DNA of 54,214 nucleotides from Basidiobolus ranarum (Eukaryota): NCBI GenBank assembly GCA_040143965.1, contig JASJQH010006888.1, positions 1 to 54,214 of the forward strand, read 5' to 3'. Shown piece by piece: positions 1 to 11,840 of this stretch (position 1 is its first letter; each line of letters starts with the position of its first letter). The notes under the pieces were generated by a model. It saw only the letters and a program-made list of their open reading frames with translations, ran no database searches and was not told where the DNA came from. The position numbers and the translations under genes were made by a program.

Positions 1-225
1 AATTTGAGTTATGTTTTTTGCACATGTGTTGATCCATAGTTCTCTGAGATTTTAGCCAATCATTTGCAACTATTTTGTGAGATCTTGAAATTTCACTCCT
101 GAAACTGAAAAAATGATTAAAATCAAATCTATCTTGACAATATCATGAAGGTAAGTAAATGGTCAGTCCCAGATGGATTAATATTGTGATGGTTTTCCAA
201 CAATAACAATCCTCAAATTTCTGTT

Positions 226-995
226 AGGGTCAGTGATGATAGTTACAGGAAGTCCATGTAAGTGGAATATATTTTAAGTTACCAGTTCTGCTGTTTGTTT
301 TCATCAATTGACTTGTTGCAGGGCATACAGTGGGCCATCTTTGTTAGATGTCTACAGTAACCAGAATTGAATCAAATCTGGCAGACAAGGGTAGATGAGT
401 TATGAAATCCTGGGATACGGAATTCCACAGCTGATCAGGAATTGGTTATCCTGGGCTTTCTTGTTTGATATTACCAATTGGTCTTCAGATTGAAGTTTCT
501 GGATGTCATCATGGAAAGCAATTGAACTAGGCTGAGAAAGAGCAGTAGCACCAATTTGAATCTGGTGGGGCTTCAGTAAGGAAGTATTTTGTCAGCCAAA
601 GCTTCATCCACTTCTTTTGGCTAATATTCTGCACTACATGATAAGGCATCAAGTTTTCCTTGCTGGCTACCTGGTCAATATGTACTCACTAAATCAAAAC
701 TATCTAGAAATATGATAATCTTACTTGATGGCATTGAGAACTTTGAATGTAGTAAAATAACAAAGAATGTGATGATGGGAATAGACTGTGATTGCATGAT
801 TTACTTCATCCAAGTATTGTTGCCATTGCTCAAATGCTACAATAATTAATAATAGTTCCTAATTATATATGTCATAGTTGATTTCAGCTGCAGAGAACTT
901 TCTTGAGTAAAAGGCAACAGGGTACAGTAAGTTATCATCACCTTACTGTGATAGTACTCTTGTAGAGCAAAGTTAGATGCATCAGCTTCAATCCC
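226..995 (-). mobile_element. Degenerate Ty3/gypsy LTR-retrotransposon pol remnant (RNase H and integrase core fragments)
   Basis: The minus strand translates, with stops and frameshifts, to RNase H motifs GIEADASNFAL..VLSQ*GDDNLLYPVAFYSRKFSAAEINYDIYN*ELL..AFEQWQQYL..FLDSFDLVSTY*PGSQQGKLDALSC (~995-636). It then gives integrase-core motifs [62 protein letters not shown] (~445-226). RNase H before integrase is the gypsy order. Confidence 0.9.
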
Positions 996-1391
996 TGACA
1001 AAGATAAAATCCATTTGATCCTGATTAGAATATGCTTCTGGATCACAAAGCCATCAGAAAACCATCACAGTATTGATGGCTTGCATTCTGTTAGATACTG
1101 TGATGGTGTGCTGGCAGTTTCCTGATGGAATTTTGTTGACATTCATACAGGTTAAAATATTGATCCTCATATTAGGCATGTGATATTTAATTTCCAAGAA
1201 TGTTTCCAAAAATCTGATTTTTGAATGGCTAATTACTGTTAAAGTATTTGGAAGCCTGTTGGAAGTGGTTTGGAGAATGAGAGGAATTGGTAGTTTTCAC
1301 TTATTGATTTATTGGGTAGAAAGTTGACATTTATAGTTTTGTCAAGATGTAAACAAACTGACATGTAGAATATGTTAAGGAAGGTCCCAGG

Positions 1392-2121
1392 AACATGTGT
1401 GGGCAAAGTTTGGGGCTTCTAGCACAGGTTTGTAAAATCTATATATCTGAGAACTTCTAAGTTGGTAAAAATATTCTAAGTAAATTCCAATTGAGAATAA
1501 TTGATAAAATCTTAGTGAATTATAAGATAACTAAGTACTAAGCTATATATGACTATATAGGTGTTTAGGCAATGCTAATTTCAACAGATATCTGGGAAGA
1601 ACTTAATACAGAGTGGCACAATATTGCAGGGTATCCACCAGATAGCTGGAAGAATGTTGATTCAGCAACATTAGTACAATGGTGGGCTTTGATGGAGATA
1701 TTGATACAAACTTGTGTTGGGTATGAGCTAAACCTTGGGTATGAAGAACTCTATAAAAATATTCAGGAGAATATATCAAGGAGACTAGGGATTCCAAAGA
1801 TGACAAATTAGCACTCAAGTGGTAAGTGTGTAAGATTTGAGTTACATTTTTTGCACATGCATTGATCCACTAAGTGATAAGCTATATATTACTATATGGG
1901 TGCTTAGGCAATGCTAATTTCAACACCAAAAACATTTGTGCAAAGTTAGGGGCCTCTAGCAAAGCTTGAAAGATCAATATATCTGAGAACTTCTAGGTTG
2001 GTAAAAATATTCCAGGAAAATTCCAATTGAGAACTGTGAGTACTATCTTAGTTCAATGCTGGATATCTAAAAACTAAGCTATATATAACTATATAGGTAC
2101 TTAGGCAATGATTATTATAAC
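1392..2121. repeat. Diverged direct repeats (~190 bp, 1392-1586 and 1931-2121) with a third copy of a ~50-bp core
   Basis: atatatctgagaacttcta(a/g)gttggtaaaaatattc...aaattccaattgagaa occurs twice. The core taagctatatat.actatat.ggt..ttaggcaatg occurs at ~1537, ~1878 and ~2073. 1835-1869 also matches window positions 2-36 (atttgagtta..ttttttgcacatg..ttgatcca). Confidence 0.85.
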
Positions 2122-2691
2122 AAATACTTTAACATCATCTTGTCCTAATGCAAATGAGAGATAGGATTTGGGTAAGAAAATTAAAGTACAGGACCAGGTT
2201 GTGTGATATTTTTGCTCTTGTGTAGATATAAGAAGCACCATTCATTGAATAACTATCACATTTGTAAAATATGCTATACCAGCAGGTAACTCTATATTGT
2301 TTCTGTGATCAATGGCAATAAAGATCATTTTGTTGTACCAGTAAGTAAGCTTAAGCACTTGTACATGAATTTTTATGTATAGATATGTAAGTAGTTACAT
2401 ATTTTGGGGTCACACTTACAGATTACTAACAAGATTAAACATTTAGTGGCTGATGAAGGTTTTCAGTCAAGTGTATAGCTGAGGATACACCATTATGAAC
2501 AAAAAGCTTTTTCAGCTGTAGAGTAATAGAATTTGAAAAATTTCTTGGGCAGTGAATGAAATCTATCATTAACGGATCTAAAGAGGTATCTAGGTTCAAT
2601 ATATGATACAGCTAATAAGGAAGAGATCCAAAAATGTGTAAGAGTTAGAATTGAAATGTCAGTTTTAAACATAGAGAATATCTTCCAAAAC

Positions 2692-3836
2692 TCAAGCAGA
2701 AACAGAAATAAGTTCTAATAAAGAGAGCAATTTCTGTTCTAAACGTAACACAGAAACCTTCGGGCGATGACAAAATTCCCAAGGTTGAGGTCTATGAAGA
2801 TTTGAATCACAAGAAGGTTGATGTACTATGGGTTTAGTATGGGCCAAAGCGGTATTACCTCGTTTATCTTTAGGTAATAGATCCGCTATATCACTGGTAA
2901 TTCGTTGTACTCTACTGCGCCATACAAAAAATGCGATATGACACCATTCAGTAGATAACTGGTAGACTTTCTCCAGCTCTTTTCCGTTCAAATACGAGCA
3001 TATTCGTTCCAAAATTTCTACGGGGAGGGAGTTTTTGTAGAGATTTGGATGGAGGTTGGTAAGTGAACGACTCATTTCTTCTATGCATGATTCGGTCTTT
3101 GCAATAGCATTTAAAGACTTGACCTCTAATTCTAAACGTGTGGTAGCCAAGAAAGTGATCAACGAATGATATCCGTAGTATCCAGGCGAGAGGCCTATCT
3201 TGATCGGAATCAATTGTAATGTATCTGGTTGTATGTTGAATATAGCTGGGTAGATAAAAGTATTCGACATAGACAATCCAAGACCAGGTGCTAAATTTAG
3301 TTCACCGTCAGCCAAGAACTCCACTCTATTTCTCTTCCCGGTCACATCATTGCGAATATTGTATAACGACCTCGCCTCGGAGACTTCTCGCTTGTTGCCA
3401 GGGAGAAGAATGAGAAACAAGCTATCATGTCGCAAAAGGATTTGATTCAACTTTAATCATTAGGGTTAGAGAACCATTGAACAAGACTAGGGTTAGGGGT
3501 TAAAGTAGGAATTACCTCCAAGTCCTCATGGGTGACAGTCAATATAGACCCGGTAAATGGATCGGTGAAAGTTTGATTTGGATCCTCATTCTCCAACCCG
3601 ATGAATTTTAAGATTTTAAATAGTTGAGGCCCAATGGGACACCGCGAGGACTATTGTGAGCACAGGTAGGGTTAGAATTAAGAAAGAGATAGTGTAAAGA
3701 TCCTCCAACTTACTCTTACTGTGATTAGCACCACATGAACTGCTTTAGTCAACTGTTCCAAGTCCAGAACTTCTCCATCAACGTTTTCTAACTCGTTTGG
3801 TAGCTTCCTGTTTTGGAAATCAGTTATTTGGAACAT
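2692..3836 (-). CDS. 338-aa protein with an N-terminal AhpC/TSA (peroxiredoxin-like) domain and a C-terminal F-box-like motif
   Basis: Exons 3836-3714, 3650-3516 and 3450-2692 are joined by two phase-0 GT..AG introns into one open frame. The sequence reads MFQITDFQNRKLPNELENVDGEVLDLEQLTKAVHVVLITVR|SSRCPIG...|LNQILLRHDSLFLILLPG...VEFLADGELNLAPGLGL...YPAIFNIQPD, followed later by NSLPVEILERICSYLNGKELEKVYQLSTEWCHIA. Confidence 0.7.
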
Positions 3837-4396
3837 GCCACTCACTCCGTAGACTATTTAGGGAAAAGAGCTCAACAGACTCTTTGTGGAACGCTCAGTT
3901 GAAACCCTAATAACAAGAGGTAAAGAATTAAAGATTTCTGAAAGCTTCGAGAATGGACGATTATAACAGGACGGGGAGTACTCACTCTGCATCTTTATAG
4001 TCACACCAATTCTTGGATCGTGCCTCTTGTTTAGAGCGTATGTGCAGTAGTGCGTATTTGATGTACAGATTCAGTGCAGTTTGGATGCAGCTGAAAGTCC
4101 TTTGGATGAAATGTAAATATAGTATGATTTAGTATACTTATTACTACCATTACTAGAAGGATACATATACTATTATTGTTAGTAATAAAGATCATGTTGC
4201 TGTTTATATAACCAATGTAGTAGTCTCGTGAGACACTTCTGCACCAATCTTCCTACAATATAGCTGCATATCGCAATAATGGTACTCTCTTTCAACTGAG
4301 GTAATAGGAAACATATACATGAACGATGTGTAATGAAATGGTAATCATTTTAATGTTATATATTTAACATATGGGTATTGTACAGGGTATTTAGAT

Positions 4397-5305
4397 TCAC
4401 ATAAGTTCAACAATCTTCTTAACCAAGTTTTGCATATCCTTGGATCTCATAACTCCAACGGCTAGAACTTCTTCATGGTTGGGGGTTTCAACGTTATCTT
4501 CGGCGGGAAGATTGAATTCAGGGGATTCCTCATCGGCGGTTCTCTCTCTGCGGGTAACAACGAAGTTGGTGACCAAAGAGAAACCAAGAACTTTCATTCC
4601 GCAGTGTCTAGCTACAATGACTTCGGGGACAGTGCTCATACCAATAACATCACCACCAACAGCCTTCATCATACGGGCCTCAGCAGGGGATTCATAACTG
4701 GGACCAGAGACGAAACAGTAAACACCTTCTCTAACAAATTCACGGATATTGATTTCACGAGCGGCCTTAATAGCAAGAGAACGTAATTCACGTGGATAAG
4801 CATCATTGACTGGGGGGAAACGTGGACCAAATTTGTCAAGGTTAGCACCAATCAAAGGGTTGTTACCGGCCATACCAGGGAGATTGATATGATCCTCAAT
4901 CACCATAATATCTCCGATCTTGCATTTTTCATGGTTGAGGGAACCAGCAGCATTGGTTACGATCAAGGTTTCAACACCCATGAGCTTCATAACACGTACT
5001 GGCAAAACGGTAAGCTTCAAGAGATGGCCCTCATAGAAATGGAAACGTCCAACCATGCATACAGTAGGCTTTCCAGCAATCAATCCAAATACAAGCTTTC
5101 CAGCATGACCAGCAACGGTACTTACTGGGAATCCTGGGATCTCTTCATATTTGAATTCTACAGTTTTTTCCAAACTATCGGCAAGTCCACCTAAGCCAGA
5201 TCCACAAATAACACCAACTTTGGGATGGAGCTCAATAGGGACCTTTTTGATAAGAAAGTCAGCAGCGCGTTCGATATCAGCATCGGAGTAAATATGAGAA
5301 GTCAT
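4397..5305 (-). CDS. PNP1: Purine nucleoside phosphorylase (trimeric, inosine/guanosine type)
   Basis: Intronless 302-aa ORF with GVICGSGLG, STVAGHAG, GRFHFYEG, TNAAG, GPSYESPAE, GMSTVPE and NHEEVL motifs. Confidence 0.96.
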   Translation of the reverse strand: MTSHIYSDADIERAADFLIKKVPIELHPKVGVICGSGLGGLADSLEKTVEFKYEEIPGFPVSTVAGHAGKLVFGLIAGKPTVCMVGRFHFYEGHLLKLTVLPVRVMKLMGVETLIVTNAAGSLNHEKCKIGDIMVIEDHINLPGMAGNNPLIGANLDKFGPRFPPVNDAYPRELRSLAIKAAREINIREFVREGVYCFVSGPSYESPAEARMMKAVGGDVIGMSTVPEVIVARHCGMKVLGFSLVTNFVVTRRERTADEESPEFNLPAEDNVETPNHEEVLAVGVMRSKDMQNLVKKIVELM

Positions 5306-6048
5306 GATGTTCTGTAGATCCTTGGGTAATTAGGTTATGATATTTCGAACAGACACCATGGCCCTTTTTAACCATTCAGATCAATCGCCTCCTCATGCTC
5401 TGATTCGTTGTAAAAGGACATTAAAGCTCTGATTCGTTGAAGCTACTCGAGAACAGTGGCTTCACTTTCCCAGAAATCGTTGACTCTAGTTCATTGGCTG
5501 TCTAAGAATGTTTTCGAAGCGAGACAAATTACCGAATATAGTGGAAGGCATTCAAAATTTAATTGTAGTTGAGGTCCTTGGTTATACAAATTCAAGTATC
5601 ATTCAAGGTTAGGGAATATGGCCATAAAAGGGAGTATTGTTAGCAAGTATTGTGGCTCAAAAAGTTACACCTTAGGGTTAGGGTTAGTAGTGGGGTTTTA
5701 CTATACATCTAGAGCTTGGAAGTGTGATAACAGTTACATTATGATTGCAATAGGATAGATTATTGGTTGCTGATAATGGATACACGACGTTACGAAATGT
5801 TTCCTATATCGATCGAATTTTCTTTTCGACATACAAAAAAGGAACCATTCAATGGACTATTCTTGGTTCTTCAAATTCAGTAAGATAATCTATTTATGAG
5901 TCAAATCTGAGCTTAGATAAATAATTCCTGAAATAGTTTGTTCGGAACAGGTCCTTGACTAGATCCAGAATAGAATGTTCAGGTCATTTTATTACATAAT
6001 ATGTCGCAAGGTAAAAGCATGTTTCACTACTGTCAGAATAAAAATAGG

Positions 6049-7323
6049 TTAACGCTCAGCTGAATATGGCGGTGCTGACTCATAAAGAGGCAAAGTGTCA
6101 ACTGTTCTCCACCGAAGGCCACCGCTATTGTAGGTACCAATAACTATAGGAAAAGTCATTTTGATTTTATTGGAATCTTCTTCTTCGGACAGTTTGATTT
6201 GAATCTTCAACTTCGAAGAGATAGTAAGCAAGTCAGTCTTGATGCTCGGATTTACACGTGACTGCAAGGGGAAGAGCAAAGGAAGGTCTAGACGAAGGGT
6301 ATCTGGATCAAGAATCAAGTATGAGCTAGCACTCGCGGTAACCCGGTTTTCAGTTACAATATACCTAAGGGATATGGTCAGCTCTTTCTAGGGATATTTC
6401 AAGATTATCTCACGAATGATAGTTACCCTTTGGCTTCACGACAAATCTGCTGACGAACGTAGAAATAGACAGTTAGCGGGCCTTTGGGGCGAGTGAAATG
6501 GTTAATGTGTAATTCGATTGGAACTACATCGTCTAGTGCGTTCAATTGTGTATATTAGTATCCAATACTCCAGTCAGTAAATCTTAATTCCACTTACCAG
6601 GACAGAAACCTCTCCGAGGAACTCTAACCATTGCTTCAATTACCCCTTCGGGGCTATGTATTTGCTTATACTTTTCCATAGGTAGATGCAGCTCAGGTAC
6701 ATCCACATCAATTCGTTCCCAGATTTTGACTGGGATGGTCGCTTTTAGTTTTTTAAGCCAACCTTTTTTTAATATTGCATGCAAATTGTAATTGATCTGA
6801 GCGTTTTCATCGCCCTTTTACTGCTGGTTAGTTTGATTTTTAGCATGACTTTTCATGTAATTTATGACTCAAGTTGATTTACCTCATACGTACTGGGCAG
6901 AGGCAACATTGGTAATTGCATCTCGAAAGGAAACCGATGCTCACCCGCTGCTAATATTGTAGCCCTTAAAAGCATTGCCTTCTTTTTGATCAATGTCTGA
7001 GTTCCTAACAGTTCGCTTATTATACATAGTTAGACAAATTCAAAGTAAATTGAAGGCTTCCACTAGCTCACCAGCTAAGTTCTTCATTTTTACATGTGGT
7101 TCGTACCATCCCCTCTAGTTCGAGTAAAATGGAGCGTTTTATCGCTGATTTTTCCGTTATAATATTCACTACACCTTTGGGCAAAGTGCACAAGTGCAAT
7201 ATTAGTGTTAGAGATGGAAGAAGGATCTTAATAAAGTACTTTACCAAGCACTATATCTCCAGGGTAGTATCTTCTATCAGGCTCTAATAAGGAGACGGAT
7301 AATTCAGTGCCATCTATAGTCAT
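6049..7323 (-). CDS. Alpha-arrestin (arrestin N and C domains, C-terminal PY motifs), multi-exon
   Basis: ATG at 7323 gives MTIDGTELSVSLLEPDRRYYPGDIVLG. Further motifs are AAGEHRFPFEMQLP..LPSTYEG..INYNLHA, RRGFCPG and FPIVIGT, and the protein ends LPLYESAPPYSAER. The exon 2/3 junction phase is ambiguous (see findings). Confidence 0.8.
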
Positions 7324-7726
7324 TTTCTAGCACTGGTATCGTTTACTTTAAATTATTAGACCCCACTTTATAGATCTTCCACAGCAGAAATCCAGAGAAA
7401 GGCAAATAAAGTTCTTGCTTATACATCCAGTTTCTTTATATATCCATACAGCATCTCAGATCTCTACTTCTACTTGGATCTGCACCTTCTTTGGAGTGAA
7501 TAAACATTGAGGAGACACGAGGCGTTTGATCAACCCGTGTCAAATAGCGTTATTAGCGGGACTTGACAAGTCATCCATGATGTTGCGTGCATCTACATCA
7601 TGTAGGGGAGAGGAAATATGTCCCATGGTGCAGCTGTCAAACACCATTTCATATCAATGAGTAATTTATTGGGATTTTTGGCCATTACATCATCTAAGAA
7701 TGTATATTTATTGAAATAACATAACA

Positions 7727-8594
7727 TTAGCATTTAACACTAACAAACTCTCGCTGGGGATATACCACAGCTGTCAGCCACTTGTTCCTTCCACAACCTG
7801 AATCCAGACCGATTGCATACGGTAAGACCGCAAGGCCGCGAGAAGATTCATGTCCATATAGCACAGTCTTCGGATGCGGTAAAGTAGATTGCATCGCATT
7901 CCAGACAGTTGACCATGGAGTACCTTCTTTGTTATCTTTTGCTGGTTGACGATTTGCCAACAGACGCCGTATGTTCATAATGTAGTATGGGTTCTGTTGA
8001 TTAATAGGTCTATAGGGATTCAAGCCCGCATGAACCGCATAGACGGAATGCTCCGGTATGTGAATAATCAAGGGACAATTCACCAGATATTCGTACAATT
8101 CTGGCGGCAGAGCGCTGATACGAGTGAGAATTGAGTGAGAAAGGTTTGGTTCGTACCAAAATTATTCCTGTTAATAAACGCTACCTAGCTATACGTTGAT
8201 GTTCTTTGTTAATATATCCAATATTACAGTTTCGCTTGTAACAGTTCTTCCAACGTATGACCAACTCTTCATGATTTCCACGTACACAGAGTGCATTTAT
8301 CTCTTTCGCTCTGGCAATAGTTCCAATAGAATCGGGCCCTTTAGAGACCATGTCACCTAATAGTATCACCTGGTCTTCTGGCTTTAGCCTCAACTTTTCC
8401 AAAAGTTTATCAAGGGAATTCAAATGTCCATGGACATCACCTATAAAGATTAGTCTTCCGGTGGTATTGTGATGGTATTCAAATATGAGAGGACTCCGTT
8501 CATATGAAAGATATATTACACTAAGGAATATAGAAAGAAATACAGCGAAGCCTACCAACAACGAACGCCGCAGGCTCCTTGAATAGTTAGACAT
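7727..8594 (-). CDS. Calcineurin-like metallophosphoesterase with N-terminal TM anchor (Ppn2/ApaH-like)
   Basis: Motifs IGDVHG, LGDMVSKGP, VRGNHE, VHAG, YGHE and GLDSGC. A hydrophobic segment lies at aa ~12-30, and there is one intron (~8185-8116). Confidence 0.88.
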
Positions 8595-8869
8595 GCGACT
8601 CAGAAGAGTGTATACGAGGGTAAATCATGTGGAGTAAAATATGCACTAATGTAGCATTATCCCAAGAAGGAAAAGTTGCAAAAAAGAAACAAGAAACGAT
8701 AGTTTATCAAAAATAATCGGATTCGGAGTATTAATTCGGCATCCAATTGGACAAAGTATATGCCAGATCCAGATTTTTCTTGAAGATAATTTTGAATTCC
8801 TAATGTATATTATTATCAACACAGCCAAGATGTCGATTCTCGTAACGAACCTAGTTTAGTGAAAATAGA

Positions 8870-10597
8870 ATGAGCCTTTTTCAATCTTCTTTATATGAAC
8901 GGTTACTTACCATTTATGCTTCTAACTTGAAAGTCCGATTTCTATCCTATGAGAGAAGCGCTGGTCATCGCTTACGTCGGAAAGATTTAAGAGATCCAGA
9001 ACAGAACGTAAAATATATTCTCGAAAATGGTATTTAGTCCATACCCATGCAGTGACTACTAGATTCGACTTTTACTTATATTTTAATTCTCAACTCTCAG
9101 GTTTGCGTAAAGTAGAGCCCTATTTTTTTACTCACAAGACCTTCACAAAAGAGCGTTGGCTCAATCGTCCTTTGATATCCGTTCTCCAAACCGAGTTTAA
9201 AGATAGACCACCCGATTATTATGTAATTTTACGTACTATCGACAGATATTAGTTCGTATTTTGACTAATAGTCTCTTTTCTAAAAGCAAAAAGCCATACT
9301 AGAAGGATGGGTTACAGTGAATGAGAAAAAGGTCTCTTCTGAGTATTTGTTAATGCCTCAGGATGTATTGGCACATACGTTACATAGACATGAGCCCCCC
9401 GTTACCGGAGAGAATATTAAGATTATTCACGAAGACGAGGAGATATTAGTTGTCGATAAGCCAGCGAGCATTCCAGTAAATCTCACTTTTAATATAATTT
9501 CACATTCAAATTTAAACCAAATATTCTACCATAGGTTCATCCTACAGGAAGGTTAGACCGATCATAGCATCATACTCGAGTAAGAATACAATATATATCT
9601 ACTCACCCACGTGCATTCCTTTTCCTAGATACCAACATAACACGGTTTTAAATATTTTGAAGTACGAGCATGGATATCAATCTCTCTTTCGTAAGCCACC
9701 TAATATTGAACTGGATTGACATAAGTACCCTAACTCTTATTTCTTTAGCTGTTAATCGTCTTGATCGACTCACTTCAGGCATACTCATATTTGCTCGAAC
9801 CAAGGAAAGTGCTCAACTCGTGGAAAGAGCTATGCGCGAGAGACTCGTTCAAAAGGAGTACGTATGTCGAGTGCTAGGAGAGTTTCCCAGGTATGAATTC
9901 TAAGACTCTTATCCTTATCGGAACTTGGAATTCACCATTACATTGGAATATTCAAGTGAAATCGTTTGTAATGAGAAGCTCTTGACGGTATCACACAGAT
10001 TAGGGCTAAATGTCGTTAGTCCTGATGGAAAAGAAAGTACAACCATATTCAAGCGTCTATCTTTTGATGGGGAAACAAGCATCGTACAATGTAAAGTATA
10101 ATATATATATAACCCCTAAACGACCTCCCAATATCCACCCTGAAATGGAATTCCTTAATAGTTACTAATAGACAACTCTATCAGGTAAACCCATTACAGG
10201 ACGAACTCATCAAATCCGTGTCCATCTTCAATATCTTGGTCACCCGATAGCTAATGATCCTATCTACGCTAGTCCCGAAGCTTGGGGGCCTACTCGTGGA
10301 AAAGGGAAGATATATGATGCGGCAGAGCACGAGGCAACAATTCATGATCTAGCAACACAAGAATTCGTTTCAAAGCCTAATTCTTCGTCCACCAGTGAAG
10401 AGCAAAGCACACTTACACGCCCTCTATGTGAAATATGCAATATCCCAACATATTACGATCCACATCCAGGCCAATTGAGCATCTGGCTTCACGCTATGAA
10501 ATACACAATAGAGGGCTACACCTTTCAAACTGACCTACCTTCATGGGCCAACGAAGACTACTTGCCTGATACATACCGGCATTTAATCCAGTCTTGA
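8870..10597 (+). CDS. RluA-family RNA pseudouridine synthase (Rib2/Pus9-like), multi-exon
   Basis: Spliced motifs [57 protein letters not shown] (catalytic Asp), [27 protein letters not shown] and IWLHA. The stop TGA is at 10595-10597. Confidence 0.92.
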
Positions 10598-10970
10598 CCA
10601 CAGTTATACCATATATATATACCTTTGTTAAACTAATTTATTTGTTGGAAAGAAGCTTATCAGTCTTTGGCAAGTATTTGAATCTTGTGACACACATAAT
10701 ATTAAATTGAAACATTGCCAGTATGTCGTACAAACATTATTAAGGCCAAGTTTAGGCAAACGATAGAATGAGTGTAACATTCTTATTGAAAATTAATATT
10801 CCAACTGGGAGGTTCCTGTTCACGGTTCCTACTCACCCTGGATCTGTACGTGTTGTACAAAATTGATCTGTATATTTGCCATGTATCCACTGTATTTGCA
10901 GTGTATGTAGAGGGTATTTAAGCATGGTCGCTGTTTGTATTGGACTTATCATTCCTCATTCTATTCCAAA

Positions 10971-11246
10971 ATGCTCAAGTCTTTGATTATTGCTTTTACA
11001 TTACTTTTCTCTATTTCTCATGCTCTTCCTATGCCATCCGAATCTGGTACACTCATCAACCAGAGCCTGCCGGAGATTAGGCAAACTGACCAAATTGACT
11101 CACTATCAGAGCTCCAGCTTGCGGAAGACGACGCTCTATTTGAGGCCGAGTTAATGCATCTCGAGGATGACGAAGACTATGACTTTACACCTGTCAACAG
11201 CCACAATGGATATCTTGCTATGAGTGAATCTATATGGAAGCAGTAG
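10971..11246 (+). CDS. Small acidic secreted protein (91 aa), unknown function
   Basis: Signal-peptide-like MLKSLIIAFTLLFSISHA-LP followed by an Asp/Glu-rich mature part. Confidence 0.6.
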   Translation: MLKSLIIAFTLLFSISHALPMPSESGTLINQSLPEIRQTDQIDSLSELQLAEDDALFEAELMHLEDDEDYDFTPVNSHNGYLAMSESIWKQ

Positions 11247-11840
11247 ACAATGCAACTCCAAATCAGCTTTGATAGTTGATATTCAATCTCTTCATGAAGC
11301 TAGTCTTTATTGTCTTATTTGAACTGGAATTCAAATCACACTTTTGGTCTGCGACCTGACTAGTTCTTCCACCTGTAGTTTCACTTCATAATGTAAATCT
11401 CGTAAAATTGAAAATTGGAACTTGTAATCTAAAAGTAAAGAAGCTTAACATGCTAAAACATCTCCCCCTGCATATATTTCCTTAATGTACTAGCCATTAA
11501 CACTAGCACTCTCACAATACACGCTTCGTGCCATGGCGTGAGGTGCTTTTCAAGTAAAGTTAGAGTGATTTAGGAGATTGTTCCCTTCATTGGATTAGAA
11601 AGTGTGATCACACGGATTTAGCAATTCCAGTCATTCTCTACGAAAATGAAACTCGAATAAATCCATCATTTTAAGTCAAGTTATAATCGTTGATTTACGC
11701 AACAAAAATTGATTTTTTATTTTGAAGAGACTGTTTCCTGTCACGTACACTACAAGTATTCTACTTTTTTAAACATATCACTTTCTTGGATCCCTCCTAC
11801 ATTTCCAATTTCATAGTGAGAAAATTGAACTTCTTTTAGA

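Noticed and set aside
1537-2121. Three ~50-bp repeats as a CRISPR-like array
   Set aside because: Spacing is irregular (~340 and ~195 bp), the copies are diverged, the context is eukaryotic and there are no cas genes.
4397-5305. Intronless PNP1 as a horizontal transfer
   Set aside because: The sequence has fungal PNP1 features, including the C-terminal insertion before NHEEVL, and the codon bias of a highly expressed host gene.
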